64,000 nucleotides of DNA, from positions 3,906,001-3,970,000 of the forward strand of contig CDPCPM010000263.1 in the NCBI GenBank assembly GCA_976551045.1. Reading direction: 5' to 3'. The position numbers and the translations under genes are program-made. This DNA is from Glaucostegus cemiculus (Eukaryota). Positions 52,023 through 64,000 of this stretch are shown piece after piece; positions within the stretch are counted from its first letter, which is position 1, and every line of letters begins with the position of its first letter. The notes below the pieces were generated by a model. It had not been told where the DNA came from, ran no database searches, and saw only the letters and a list, made by a program, of their open reading frames with translations.

Positions 52023-52443
52023 CTATTGAATACGTGAAGAGAAATGTTCACTACTTTCAAATGTAATCCTGGAAAGCCACTGAATAAGGCTAATACTATG
52101 TTAGTTTCTTCTCCGCCGAAAAGAATTACATCCTTACGCCACTCAATGGTGACTTTCCACCAGAAAAGTTTTCTTTTGTTAACGATAGTGCTGTAATCAC
52201 TAACTTTTCGTTAAAGACAAAAAAAACGAGGTTTAATTACAAAATATCAGCACAATAGATTTGCCATTACAAAAAGGGCCAATTCCCATATTAAATCAAA
52301 GATTGATGAATTAGCTGTAAACAAAAATCCATTTGCTTGAGCCATTCCTTGTGATTATTTTGCCTTACCTGAAGCTCCAAATGAACAGTTAAGTTATGGC
52401 TCTTAGTCATCATCTTTAAGCCTTTCAGAAAAAGGTAACATAC

Positions 52444-52616
52444 CTCATGCGATCGAAATTTTGTGTTATCCAGCTTTCGTACTGCATAGGTCATATCTTC
52501 TTTGCGAACAAACTCCACGACACCAGTCCCATCACGAAAAACATCAGCGTAACATACATCACCTGCTTCCCGCATGTGATCTTTCAAATCTTGCCAACTA
52601 CCGCTGGGAGGAAGCC
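52444..52616 (-). CDS. SRSF1: SRSF1 coding exon 3 (pseudo-RRM with SWQDLKD)
   Basis: Acceptor CTTTTTCAG|GG, donor GAG|GTATGT; [58 protein letters not shown]; 173 nt. Confidence 0.98.
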
Positions 52617-52702
52617 CTGAAAAAGATCATTTTGTAATTAAAAACTAGTAGTTGCTGTTCAAAAAACAAGCAACGAAAATACCATTGAAATCTCAACCTC
52701 AC

Positions 52703-52890
52703 CTGAAACCATCACTCTGTATTCTGAGCGACGGGAGGGGGGTCCATATCTTCCCCTCGGTGTCTGACCACCACCTCCACCACCACCACCCCCTCTTCCA
52801 GTCCCTCTCCCACTCCGCGGAAATTCAACGCGCAGACGGTAGCCATCGTAATCATAACCATCACGACCATACACAGCATCTTCGGCGTCT
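52703..52890 (-). CDS. SRSF1: SRSF1 coding exon 2 (end of RRM1, Gly-rich linker)
   Basis: Acceptor TATTTTCAG|A, donor CAG|GTGAGG; [62 protein letters not shown]; 188 nt. Confidence 0.98.
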
Positions 52891-53099
52891 CTGAAAATAC
52901 AGCGAAATGTTGAAATTCACATGGAAATTGACAAAGAACAATCACGGCAACAGAACCACCTTTAAAAAAAAAAGCCAAAAGCATTATCATTCCAAATTCC
53001 TGAGAAATTGAAATCGACACGCATTTTGGATAGCCATGTGCTCTACAACGTGCCTCGGGACAAGGATCAGTAACACCGTACTTCATGATCAGAATACAA

Positions 53100-55100
53100 C
53101 AAACCACAAAATCAAGCCCGTGTGCTTTTGAATTCAATTTGATGTTGCGTTTTTCCCCAAAGCAGGCGGTCCTCTGCTGTTCATTTAGCTTTGCAGCAAA
53201 ACGCCGCTAAACAAAGGGCCTGCGTGGCGCGCTTTCCCGCTGCAGCAAAATGGCGATCAGACTTCAATAGATACAACCAATAGGTTAAATTGAAGATTTA
53301 AGATAATTTAGCTTTGGTCTGAACGGCGCAAGGTAAAGAATTGGATTCTTTCATCGTGGTTTAAAAACGCCTTCCGCAAACCTATACCTCCACGTAGAAA
53401 CTATTGATTTTCCACAATAGATACAAGGTCAATCCTCCTATATTCAGATCAAATCTCTGCAACTCAACTCAGCGGACAGCTGAGCACAATTCTCATTTTA
53501 TCAGATGGGTCTCCCTCTCATTAAAGTATACCTCTGCTAACCCCCCCCCCCGGTTACTTTAAAAAAAATACAAAGTTGCGCCGCAAGCAATTCCTCTAAG
53601 TGTTAAGCTCGATGAACGAAAGCGATTCTAGCCCCCAACGGAACGTCTTTACGTCCCGTCGAGTACGGCTCCATACAAAGGCATTGAATTTGCCGCCCTC
53701 TGCGATGAGGCTCTGCAGAATGCAGTTTCCAGACCATGAGGTCGCACGCAATGCTATTTCGTAGTTAAAAATTGAAACCCATTACCCACTGCCATTATCT
53801 ACCCCAATTTCAGCCTTGATGCAAAAAGAAACTACAGCCCACGATCATGCCTTTCCACCCCAGAATCCCCACGAATTAAACAGTCGCTTGAAAGCAATCC
53901 CCGCGGCCAAATTACTCGTGGTTTTATACCCCCGAAAAGTTAACATGACAATTTCTAGCCCCCCCCCCCAGGTGGGAATAAATAGCGCCAGTCCCCGAGC
54001 AGTTGCAACTGCACTGAGTACGACCCACTAACCCCAGAACAAAGTCGTGGAGTACAATCCCCAGCACACGCGAAAATTAAACACTACACTAGGGGGGTCG
54101 GCCCGCCGAATCGGTGCTGCAGGTCACGCTGATGGCTGGAACCCAAGGCAGAAACACCAAGGTGGTGGCGGCGGCGGCGGGACCCGGGAGATGGGAAGCG
54201 ACGCGCAGGAGGACCCGGGGGGAGCCACATCTGTCCCAGCGGCCGCGCGGCCCTACCTCGGGTCCTCGAACTCGACGAAGGCGAAGGGCGGGCCGCCGCG
54301 GCGGTTCTTCAGGTCGATGTCCCTGATGCTGCCGTACTTATAGAAGACATCCTCGATGTCCTTGGTGCGGATGTCCGGCGGTAGGTTGCCCACGTATATT
54401 CGACAGTCGTTGTTGCCCGCCGGCCCCCGGATCACGCCGCTGTGGTTCTGCATTCCGTTCCCCTCCAGCCCGACGGTTGGTGCGGCTTAAAATAGGTGCG
54501 TAAAATAAAATAACAGATGCAGACAGGAGGCGTTTGCGCGACTCTGGCGGCGCAAACGGGCAGCAGATCGTTAAACGATTTCGTCTAAATCGCGAAGTAA
54601 AATAGAACGGGCCGGCTAATCAATCTTTTGGCCACAACGTGTCGGTTCCGACCGCCGTCCGTCCTGCTCCCAGACCACAACAAAATGGCGGCCGCTCTTC
54701 TTAGCTCGTTCCCGGGGAGTGCAGCGCCGGAAAATAGTGCCGGCCCCGCGGATGTCTACCGTGCCCATAAAAGAGTGCGGCTCTCTTTCTTTCGGTTTTC
54801 CCGTAGCTCGGGGCCACGTTGGTGACCCGGGCTGTGGCAGACGGCTTTCATCACCACTACTGGATTTTTTAAACCGCTAATCTTCTCTCCTTTCGGTGCG
54901 CTTTGAGAACGGGCTTGCGGGACGATATCGTGGCTTCCGGGTGGCGGCGAGGCCGTGACGTCACGGTGTTTGGCGCGCTTGGCGGCGTCCCCTTGCGCTT
55001 TGGTCACCTCCCCCCTCAGCCTGGCCGCCAACTGCTCCAGTGGCCAGGGCGGCAGAGAGGCGCAGAGCAAAACACGAGTGCTTGTTGCAATCGCACAGCA
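53100..55100. promoter_or_regulatory. CpG island / SRSF1 promoter, exon 1 and intron 1
   Basis: High CpG; YY1-type CAAAATGGCGGC (about 54681-54692) and CAAAATGGCG (about 53246-53255); CRE TGACGTCA at 54956-54963; ETS-type CTTCCGG at about 54934-54940. Confidence 0.88.
54257..54453 (-). CDS. SRSF1: SRSF1 coding exon 1 (RRM1 N-terminal part)
   Basis: [65 protein letters not shown](R); donor AG|GTAGGG; 197 nt. Confidence 0.98.
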
Positions 55101-55264
55101 GGCTAGGCAACATGTGTTTTAAAATAAAGGCTTGCATTCATATGGTACCTTTCCAAATCCTTGGACCTGAGGCAGAACCAGGCTCCACTGCCCATTGAGC
55201 CAGGGCCAACTACCCACTTACACTGGTGCAACATTTCACAGCTTTTACATTTGTTTTTAGTTTG

Positions 55265-56622
55265 TTGTTTCTTTTTCTAACCCACCAACCAGATGGTTTA
55301 TCAACTGCTTATCCTAATCCCCAACCTTGATCTCATCCCTAACAGAGATATTCCCATTTATTACTCCCGAGATTACTCCACTCGCACTTCTGACACGACG
55401 CCATTCCATTTTCCCAATTCCTCCATCTCTGTTATATTTGCTCTGAAGGTGTGACTTTCCACACAGGTTTCTCTGAGATGCCTTCCTTCTTCCTTGATTG
55501 TGGCTTCCCCTCTGCCATAGTTAACAGAACCCTAGAGTGCATCTCATCCAGAGTGCATCTGCTCTCACCCACTCTCCTCCAGGACATAGCAAGGATAGAA
55601 TTCCCTTGGTCCTTCCTTTCCGCTCCATCAGCCACTGCATTCAATGATCACCCATTTTCTGCCATTTTCATTGAGATTTCATTACCAGGCACAAATTTCC
55701 CTCCCCTTCCCTTTCAGTATTGTGAAAGGACCATTTCCTTCATGGTTCCCTTGTTCGCTCTTCCATGTCCACCAAACATTCCCTTTCTCATGGCACTTTC
55801 CCATGTAACAATGGGAGGTGCAATGTCTTACCTCCTTGCCTTCCTGCCATCCGGGGACCCCAAGAGCTTTTCCAAGTAACAACAGTGCTTCCCTTGTTTT
55901 TCCTCAGGTCTAGAGTACCACATTTGATGGTCATGATTTGGTCTCCTTTATACTGAAGAAACCAAACACAGGCTGGATGACTGCCTTGTGGATTTCCTGC
56001 ATTCAGTTCACAAAGGTGACCCTGAGCTTCCACTTGCCTCTCATTTTAATTCTCCATCTCGCTCTCTCTCTGACCTATCTCGTCAGTAAACTCCTTCTCG
56101 GTTCTAATGAAGTGAAATATAAACTTGAGGAACAGAACCTTACCTTCTGTCTAGGCATGTTGCAGTCTTCCAGGCTCAATACTGAGACTCAGTTCAATAA
56201 TTTTGTTAACCCACTTTCACTGCTTGTATCAGAAGAAGCCAGGTCTGCCGCAGGTCATCCACCTGTAATAGTAATGTAATTTTTCTCTGTTCACTGATTT
56301 GCTGGGCATTTGCTACATTTTGAATTATATTTCACGGCTTTTGCATATTCTTAGTTTGTTGAATCTTTCTCTAACCCCCATGTTAGTCCATCAACCAGAT
56401 GGTTTATCAAATGCTTATCTTTATGTCAATCCTGACCTCACTCTAACAGAGAGATTCCCATTCTCTGATCCATCCCTTCCCTATTCTTTATGCAGCCTAA
56501 TTCTAACTCATTCTGTCTCTTTCCCAGTTCCGACAAACGGTCTTCAACCTGCAAGGTTAACTCTGTTTCTCTTTCCACAACTGCTGCCTGATCTGTTGAA
56601 TGTTTCCAACCTTTTCTGTGCT
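55265..56622 (+). mobile_element. Decayed Penelope-like element (RT C-terminal/GIY-YIG region) with direct pLTR-like repeats
   Basis: SEMPSFFLDCGFPSAIV and KYKLEEQNLTFCLGMLQSSRLN resemble PLE 'RKLEEQHLIFRLGTLQP.GLN'; 55270-55358 is repeated at about 56365-56462. Confidence 0.78.
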
Positions 56623-56627
56623 TTATC

Positions 56628-56760
56628 AGAATCAGGTTTATTATCACTGACATATGTCAAGAAATTTGTTGTTTTGCGGCAGCAGTACAGTGCAAGACAT
56701 AAAAATTACTCTGTTACAAATAAAACATATATAGTGCAAAAGAGGAATAATGAGGTTTTA
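56628..56760 (-). mobile_element. Second Rex-Babar-like subfamily 3' end (short)
   Basis: Near-identical to 37918-38040 and 60945-61075. Confidence 0.72.
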
Positions 56761-58454
56761 TGTAAGATAACAATCTGTTTGCCCTTCAGATCAAATCCAT
56801 TCATCCATCTTTAAGATACTAACAATGTAATGTCTTTGTCTTCATTAAACCTAGCTATTCACATTTATAAATAGAAAGGGACTGAATAATGACTCAGAGA
56901 TAGAGAGGAGTAAATAATTTAAGCGTCATTGTGCTATATTCTTCTTGGCTTAGGTGGGATGACAAGTACATGATCCTTCTATAATAAGACAGCAGAACCT
57001 AAATGTAAGTTGTATGCATTTGTGTTTGGGTGAATTGCTGCTCCATACATCTAGTAGGATAATGAACATATAAAGAGATGGTTCTGGGGAGGAAAATGAT
57101 GTGGAAGCTAAGTGGTCAGGGGCTTGGGGCTGCCAAGATGAGCAGGTGTAAACTGGGAGAGTCGTGGGACCTATGATCTTGGCGGTAGTGGAGAATTCTT
57201 TACCTGTTTCTCCAGAAAGTGCAACAGATAAAGTAATCACTTGGTTGCCATTGCCCAGATTCTATAAGGGGTCAGTCAACTCTTGCTTTCCTTTAATAAA
57301 ATATCATCTTGTCACCACAATGGATCAATGTCAAATCATTTAAGGCTTAATAATAAAAGGGTTAATTGGCAGGAAACCAAAAGGACTCTTTATTTGCATT
57401 GTTATACTTTTCCCTATGCTGTAAGGTCTATGGAACAGCAGTTCACCCAATTGCAAGTTTATGTGATTCATCCCTGATTTCAATGCTGCAGTTACAAAGG
57501 TGTCACATACCTATCACTCATCCTCACCCAGCTGGGCTAAGTTAAATCATCTGGGTTTTTTTTCCATCTATTTTTCTTTCAAAGATAATGCATAACACTG
57601 TTTTGAGTCACTGCCATTCCAGAAGACTTGGTGGAGATACAGTTTGTTATTAGAATAACTTTATAACTTAATTGATAACTAAGAAGTAAAGAAGTACAAA
57701 TTGGAGGCTTTTCAGGATTCTCACATGGCATTTTATATTTTAATTCCAGCATCTATAGAATTTTGCTTTAGTGATGTGTCTAAAGCAACACTAGAGGACA
57801 AAATTTCAGGAGGAAGGTCATGCAGACAGATGTGAGAAAGGTACGGAACAGCTTGTTAATTTAAAAATAGTTTTCAGAAAGCTGCAATAGCCTTTTATTT
57901 ATAAAACCTTCCTAAAATTTCTTCATAAGGCTTTTCACCTTTACAAAGACTTTTTAAAATCTTTCCGTATTTATCTTAAAAGCAATCTTTCTGACTTTCA
58001 ATGGCAGTTTTAATTTTGAAATGACTTACTTGATTTTTCTCACACTTCAGTATCTGGTAAACTTTTGTGACACATGTCTTTCTGCCCATTCTATTTTACC
58101 ATGTGCACTGGGTTTGCTGAAAGAAGTTTGTGAGAGAGAAAAAAAAAAGCCCTTTCCAGACATGGTATTTACAAACTGAAGGCTCAATGTAGGAAGCAAT
58201 AAAGAAGAATCTAGCATCATGAGTGTAGGATGGTAAGGAGGGCCCCACATCCACCAGACAGCGTCTATAGGCAGAGGCTGTCTTACAAGATGATATCAGA
58301 GGAGTTTTGTATGGTTACTTTTCCGCAAAGATGTAATTTGGGCAAAATTGCCCACAGTGAAACAAAGATCTGCATTCATTAAAGTTTCAAATGCTATATT
58401 GTGAAGGGTGTCAGTCTTCATCAGTTTGACATATCCCCAACTCATCCAACCCTG

Positions 58455-58545
58455 AGGTCCATCACATTCCACAGTATCACTGGCTTCCCCAAAGTGCTTG
58501 GAGCCATCGATGGAATCCACATTCCACTGAAGGCACCGACAGCAC
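58455..58545 (+). mobile_element. PIF/Harbinger (HARBI1-like, DDE_Tnp_4) transposase relic
   Basis: FHSITGFPKVLGAIDGIHIPLKAP matches the Harbinger motif F..IAGFP.V.GAIDGTHIPI.AP; frame not sustained. Confidence 0.8.
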
Positions 58546-60939
58546 GACTGTGTTTGGAACTTCTGCCTCCGTGTCTTTTCCTGCCTGGTACTGGGAGCTT
58601 TCGGATCATCTGGATGCAAACACAGCTTCCTGACTGATGGAGAAGGAAATGTAAAAATTCACAATGGTAGGACCTACTCATCTGTCACATCACCAAAGAT
58701 GAAATGATCAAATTTTTCCTCACTCATTGCAGCCAACACACGTTTCAAATATGCTGACAGTCAGACCCGCCGTGTTTCACTCCTGAGTGGTGACCAGTTA
58801 TTAAGCAGATATTGATAGTCAGCAGCTGTGTGGCCCTCTCTCCATAAATGAGTAATTCTTTCAGTAAAGCCACAGCGCCACTGGTCCCTGGATGCTTGCA
58901 CTCATTCTGGGTTGCTTTCCCTGCCACATGTACCCTGTAGAGACTGAAGCACTGAACAGATGCTGGAGTTATAAGAAATTCCACTGACAAGCCCATTAAA
59001 AGTCAGTAGGTAACGGCACATGAGATGAAAGGCAAAAGCTTTATTTTCTGTCGCTGATGGCAAAACCCAAAGCCAATATGATAGCACATGAAGAAGTCTC
59101 TGAATTCTGTAGTAAAGCAAGTACAACCAAACTAAACATTAATGGAGTTAACCAAGTTCCACAACAAATTAAAAACTTATATCCCGAGCTCTTAATATAA
59201 GAACTGAAAGGGATTGCAAGGCAGAATTTTCCTGCAGCTCTAAGCACAGTAAACTAATCAGATTGTAGATTTGATCCTTGGTTCATTCTGAATTAATTGA
59301 TCATTGTTGGACCAGAGGTAGACAGTATTAGACACTGGGTTGTCCCCATGTCACTAACAAGGGAGCAAATGAATATGTACCTTCTTGTAAGGAGACACAG
59401 TTAATGCATGAAATCTAATTTGAACAACATTAAAAGGAAAATTGAAATAAGTTGTAGTCTACAAGGCAGTCATTTCTATGTGATTCCCAGTGGTCAAGGA
59501 AGGCCACATATTCTCTCTCTAAGGCTACCTGGGCACATACTAGACTGTGGAAGGGTCATAGGTAGGACCAAAGTGACTCTGCAGTCCAATATGAGAGCAT
59601 AAAAATACTGGGTACCAAGTGTAATCAGGATAGCCTGCTCCCCATGTTATAGATCATAGGATGGGCACATTTGGAAATGATATTCATCTAAACTAGTGGT
59701 CATTAGTGGTCCTTGGCAAATGCTACTCCATGTGACAATGGGCTTAAACAGCCTGACCATCTGTGAGGTGCGACTGGGAGAGTAGTCAATGCCACTCACT
59801 CTCCTCTTCTTGCTTCTGTGCACTGAAGGATCAATGTTAAAATAGATGGATTTCATATAATTATTATTTGTATTGCTTTATCCATTGGTTCTTCTGGCAC
59901 CATGCCTAACCTCCATTTAGTAACCGCGTATAGTGGCAATATTAGAATGAGTAGCTGCATTCAGGGAAATCATAGCTGTTGACACATATCCCATCACCCT
60001 TTGTTTTACTGTTTCAGGGAATTCTCTGCATAAATGTGATGTTGGACTAGTCCCATTCTTGTTTCTTACATTCATTTGAACTGGGAAGTTTGTAGCTGTG
60101 TATAAATGGCAGAGTAATAGCAAACAAATTGTGAAAGCAATTTATAGTAAAGTAAATTCATAAAGTAACATATCAACAGTAAAACCAACACACACTGGAA
60201 GTGTTGGGATTACCCAATACAATTTACGTAGGAGTTCACAGCTGTTGTGTATAGCTGTCTGAGCTGTGACTGCTTCAAGCCCCCAACACCATCTGTCCAC
60301 CACTCATATTTAGTTGAGTGAGAATGAGTAAACAGGGCAAGAAAGCTCTCAGTACCTGAACTCACTGAAGAATATAGTGTAACTTTTTGAGTGCCAGGGT
60401 TGGGTGACTTCTGCCTTTTAGCTATTTAAGGGTCTTGCAAATTGAATGAACATTTTATGGGGTATAATCTAACCAACCAAAAACAGAAGTGCCTTCACTC
60501 ACTAGCTTTATTGTTACCCTTTTCCTTTCCACAATGTCTTATTGTCTCAGCTGTCAATTCTTCCTTCCAATTTGTCTCTAGAGCCCTTTGCAGTGTACGC
60601 ATTAACACATCAACAGGCACACCAACTGAGATGGGATCTTTGTCGAGACTTTTTAATATACATACAGAGTAAAATACAATTACTCCATTTTCCTCAAATA
60701 CATTTATATTGTTGAGTTGAGAAAATGTAGGTTTTGTCGAACTTATTTAGTAATAATTTCTAAATTTTGAGCAAATGTCTTAAGATCAGGAATCGATGAT
60801 CCAGAGAAAAATCATTTCTGACACAATGTTGCATTTGTTAAACATGGATTGTGAATATTTTGTGACTGTTTGCTTGTTTTCTAACATTATCCTCGGGTAA
60901 TTCTAGAAGCCAACAGAGGTAGGAGTTTGCGGCAGGTCA

Positions 60940-61160
60940 GAATGAGAATCAGGCTTATTGTCACTGACTTATGTAACATGAAATTTGTTGTTTTGCGGCA
61001 GCAGTACAGTGCAAAGACATAAAAAGTTTTATAAATTACAAAATAAATAAATAGTGCAAAAAAGGAATAACAAAAGTAGTGTTCATGGGTTTATAGACAG
61101 TTCAGAAATCTGAAGATGGAAGGGAAGAAGCTGTTCCTGTATCTTCAGGCTCCTGTATGT
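60940..61160 (-). mobile_element. Second Rex-Babar-like subfamily 3' end
   Basis: Same sequence family as above, with an AGAATGAGAATC short-repeat tail. Confidence 0.72.
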
Positions 61161-62921
61161 ACACACTTCAGAATATATAATGCTATAAATACCCCTTTTA
61201 GCGCTGATTCCATTAGTGCTCTCACTCCTTCAGAAAGTTAAGCAAGGTATCAGAGTATCAATGGAAAGATGGGATAGAAATGGTGAAAATATTTCTGTTG
61301 TTATCGGACTCCAGGACAGGGGTTATAGTCTACCAATTAGGATCAGAACCTTCATGAATGAAGCTAGGAAATACCTCTACGTTCAATGGTTGGTTGACAT
61401 TTGGCACCTGTTTCTGCAAATGGCAATTCATGCTAGGTTAATGATTAATTTCAACTCTTGAGATTGATGAATTTTTGAGGCCAAAAGAATTAAGAAACAT
61501 TGAAGAAAAAATGATTTTCTGAATTACGTTGTTAATAACATTGATCTCATCAAATGGTGGAAGCAGGCCATGGGAATAAATAGCCTTCTCTGTTCCCATA
61601 TCTGTAGGACTGGTAGCCAATATTTTGCAGTTTACAAGATAATAACTAGAGTGAATTCTGTACAAACCATGTTGCTTATGTAGCAGTGTACTGTGGGCTG
61701 GGAGCTTGGTTTGTACACGGCCCCTTGTTTTGAGCAGCATCTTTTAGCTTTCCTTATTTTTGTTGCTTTGGAGAATGCTATTGGAACCAAATGAGAGACA
61801 ATGCAAGCCCTGCACTAATATGATTGGCTTCCAAAGATAGACATTTTTTTTCAAGACAATTTTATCCAGGTAAACTCCAGGCTCTGCAATAATGAATGGG
61901 ACTATTCTTAGTGTTCTTTCAGCTATGTTGTGCAGTGACACTTCATCTCTGTACAAGCAAAACACAATCCTTTAAATGCAGGATCCCATTCAGAGCACCA
62001 GGTGTGCTGTTTCTTTATACTCCAGACTTCCATATTCCTGTGGAAATATTTGCTGTACTTAAGAGCAACACACAGCTGGAATATAGTGCCAGAGAAACAG
62101 TTAACATGTCAGGTCCATTAACTTTATCTGATGAAAACTCATCAACCTGAAAAATTATCTCCACTTTTCTTTTATTTCAGGTTTCCAACATCTGCAGTTT
62201 GTTGCTGTTCAATTATAATTTAAGTGAGATAGCCCTTCGAAGCCAGCCGAATATCGCTCTGCTCGCTGAGGATGTGAGCCATTGTTTGCTTCAAATGGAG
62301 ATGAATCATACAACTCTAAGCGTACCAGTAACACTCCAGCTCTTGTGAAATTGGTAATTCATCAGGTGTGTTCCTGAAGTACTGGCCAGCTGTTCGGTGA
62401 TGGGGAACACTACTGCCATTTCAATGCTCCCGTTATCCAGTGCCAAACAGACACACTCTCTACCTGGGTTAATGATAGTAATCAAGAGCAGGAAACGTGC
62501 TTGACTATTGTTCTATTCTTTACCCAAGCAGCCAGATGCCAATTGTCACTGCAGAAATCAATGGCCTCTGAAGTTTAAGCATCGTTATTCTCATGGCTCA
62601 ATTCCACCCTACTAAGAACTAAAGCAAGCATACATTATGGAATTTGAACGATTTGTCTGTATATCACTAAACTTTTATACCAATGGCCACTTTCTGTCAG
62701 TTGGCCTCATTGGCATGTTTTTGTCACACATTTTATGTCAAGGAAATTATACTAAAGAGCATCCATCATATTCCTTTCAAGATGTCTCAAAAATCAAAAA
62801 AAAAATTACAGACACAGGAAATCTGAAATAAAATAGCAAATGTTGGTAACAGAAGATCTTTGACTTGAAGTATTAACTCTTTGCTGCCTGACCTGTTGAC
62901 TGTTTCCAGTATTTTCTGTTT

Positions 62922-63256
62922 TTATGTCTCAAAGTACTTCACAACTAATGGAGTTCTTTTGAAGTGTAGTGGATGTTGTAACAGAGGAAGCGCAACCAAT
63001 TTGCATACAGCAGAGTCCCACAGACAGCAACGTGACAGTGACCACGTAATGTGTTTATCTTAAATGATGTGGATTGAGGGTTAAATATCAGCAAGGCATG
63101 AGGAATAATTTTTAGTACTCTTCTTTGAAATTATAACATGTGATCAATGCCCTGAATGAAAAAAATCACCTCCAAATTGTCCTGCTCTCTTTGAGTGCTG
63201 TATTTGAGGTCAGCTTAGATTTTCATGCTCAAACATTAGGAGTGGGGATCTGAACA
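62922..63256 (-). mobile_element. Deu-domain SINE (SacSINE1/AmnSINE1-like), decayed
   Basis: TCAAAGTACTTCACA..AATGGAGTTCTTTTGAAGTGTAGT...CCAATTTGCATACAGCAGAGTCCCACAGACAGCAA...TTGAGGGTTAAATAT...GTCAGCTTAGATTTTCATGCTCAA resembles the reverse complement of the DeuSINE consensus as recalled. Confidence 0.65.
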
Positions 63257-64000
63257 GTAACTTACCAACCATGGTACAAATTTTGCCCACATTTATAAAG
63301 AGCTCTGCCTACATAAATTGTTCTTTTAATGTGGGAAAATCATAGCTAGATCTCACTTTTCCCACAAGTTACTCAAAATGCTTACTGATATTTCTTCACT
63401 GAACACCAGGCAACCTACCTTCCCATCACTAGCAGATTGCACTTTGAAACATTCACATAATGTACTGCACCAAGTCATTGAGGTTATATCAACATCCTCT
63501 TCCTCCTCAAAACCATCAGTAACAAGGAGAACTAAATCAATGTCATACAGGGAACATCGTCAACTGCAAGTCTACCTCCAGTGAACTTCCCGTTGCCATA
63601 AAATTTGAGTAACACCTTTCAAGTCAACATATCTGTTCACCATGTAGCAATTCATCACAATATGCAATCCTCACCTAATCCCTGTTTTGCAATTACTTTG
63701 GGCTACACCACTGGAGATTTGCTGGTATACTATAAGGTCTTAATAATCATCAAATGGTGTATCATTTCTGCACTAAGCAATTTGAAAACTCATAAATATA
63801 TGCCACTCAAATGGTCAATTAAAGCAACATTGATTGCAATGTTCAAAGCGTAATTATACAGAGGTGACCCCACGTTAGAATAATGCCATCAGTCTTTTTA
63901 TTTAGCTGTCAGAGCCCTATCCAGTTTGTTTCTGTAATAACTGCAGCAAACCTTCATCATTTCTACTCTCAACCGGAGTCATTGTTATCACATAATCAAC

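Noticed and set aside
51815-52066. Plus-strand ORF antisense to the SRSF1 RS domain (similar antisense ORFs overlap other exons)
   Set aside because: Shadow ORF caused by the repetitive codons of the real minus-strand exon.
55451-56814. ORFs of 142, 113 and 171 aa as host genes
   Set aside because: Explained by frameshifted Penelope-like and Rex-Babar relics.
55100-64000. Expected syntenic neighbour DYNLL2
   Set aside because: No dynein light chain-like exon is recognisable in the window; it probably lies further right.

Overview
Eukaryotic (vertebrate) genomic DNA, AT-rich with two CpG islands. The repeat landscape (CR1/L2-type LINE relics, Rex-Babar LINE 3' ends, Penelope-like elements, V-SINE and Deu-type SINE) suggests a cartilaginous fish; this is an inference. 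Two spliced genes lie on the minus strand in the vertebrate VEZF1-SRSF1 order. SRSF1 has 4 coding exons (54453-51828, 250 aa) and a 3'UTR carrying the splice sites of the known NMD autoregulation circuit. VEZF1 has coding exons at 29010-28978, 11278-10602, 9501-9438 and 7479-7308. It also has a fifth exon (from 5057) that completes a 7th and adds an 8th C2H2 finger and resembles the MAZ/SAF-2 isoform-specific exon rather than the mammalian VEZF1 tail. Other points of interest: a uORF ending 1 nt before the VEZF1 start, a 39-bp forkhead-motif minisatellite in VEZF1 intron 1, a perfect 67-bp-stem hairpin, a family of Penelope-pLTR-derived palindromic elements with decayed minimal hammerhead-ribozyme cores, an orphan 3' splice site between the genes, and a Harbinger transposase relic. 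Most ORFs in the supplied track are spurious. Repeat boundaries are approximate. All homology statements are from recall, not from searches.
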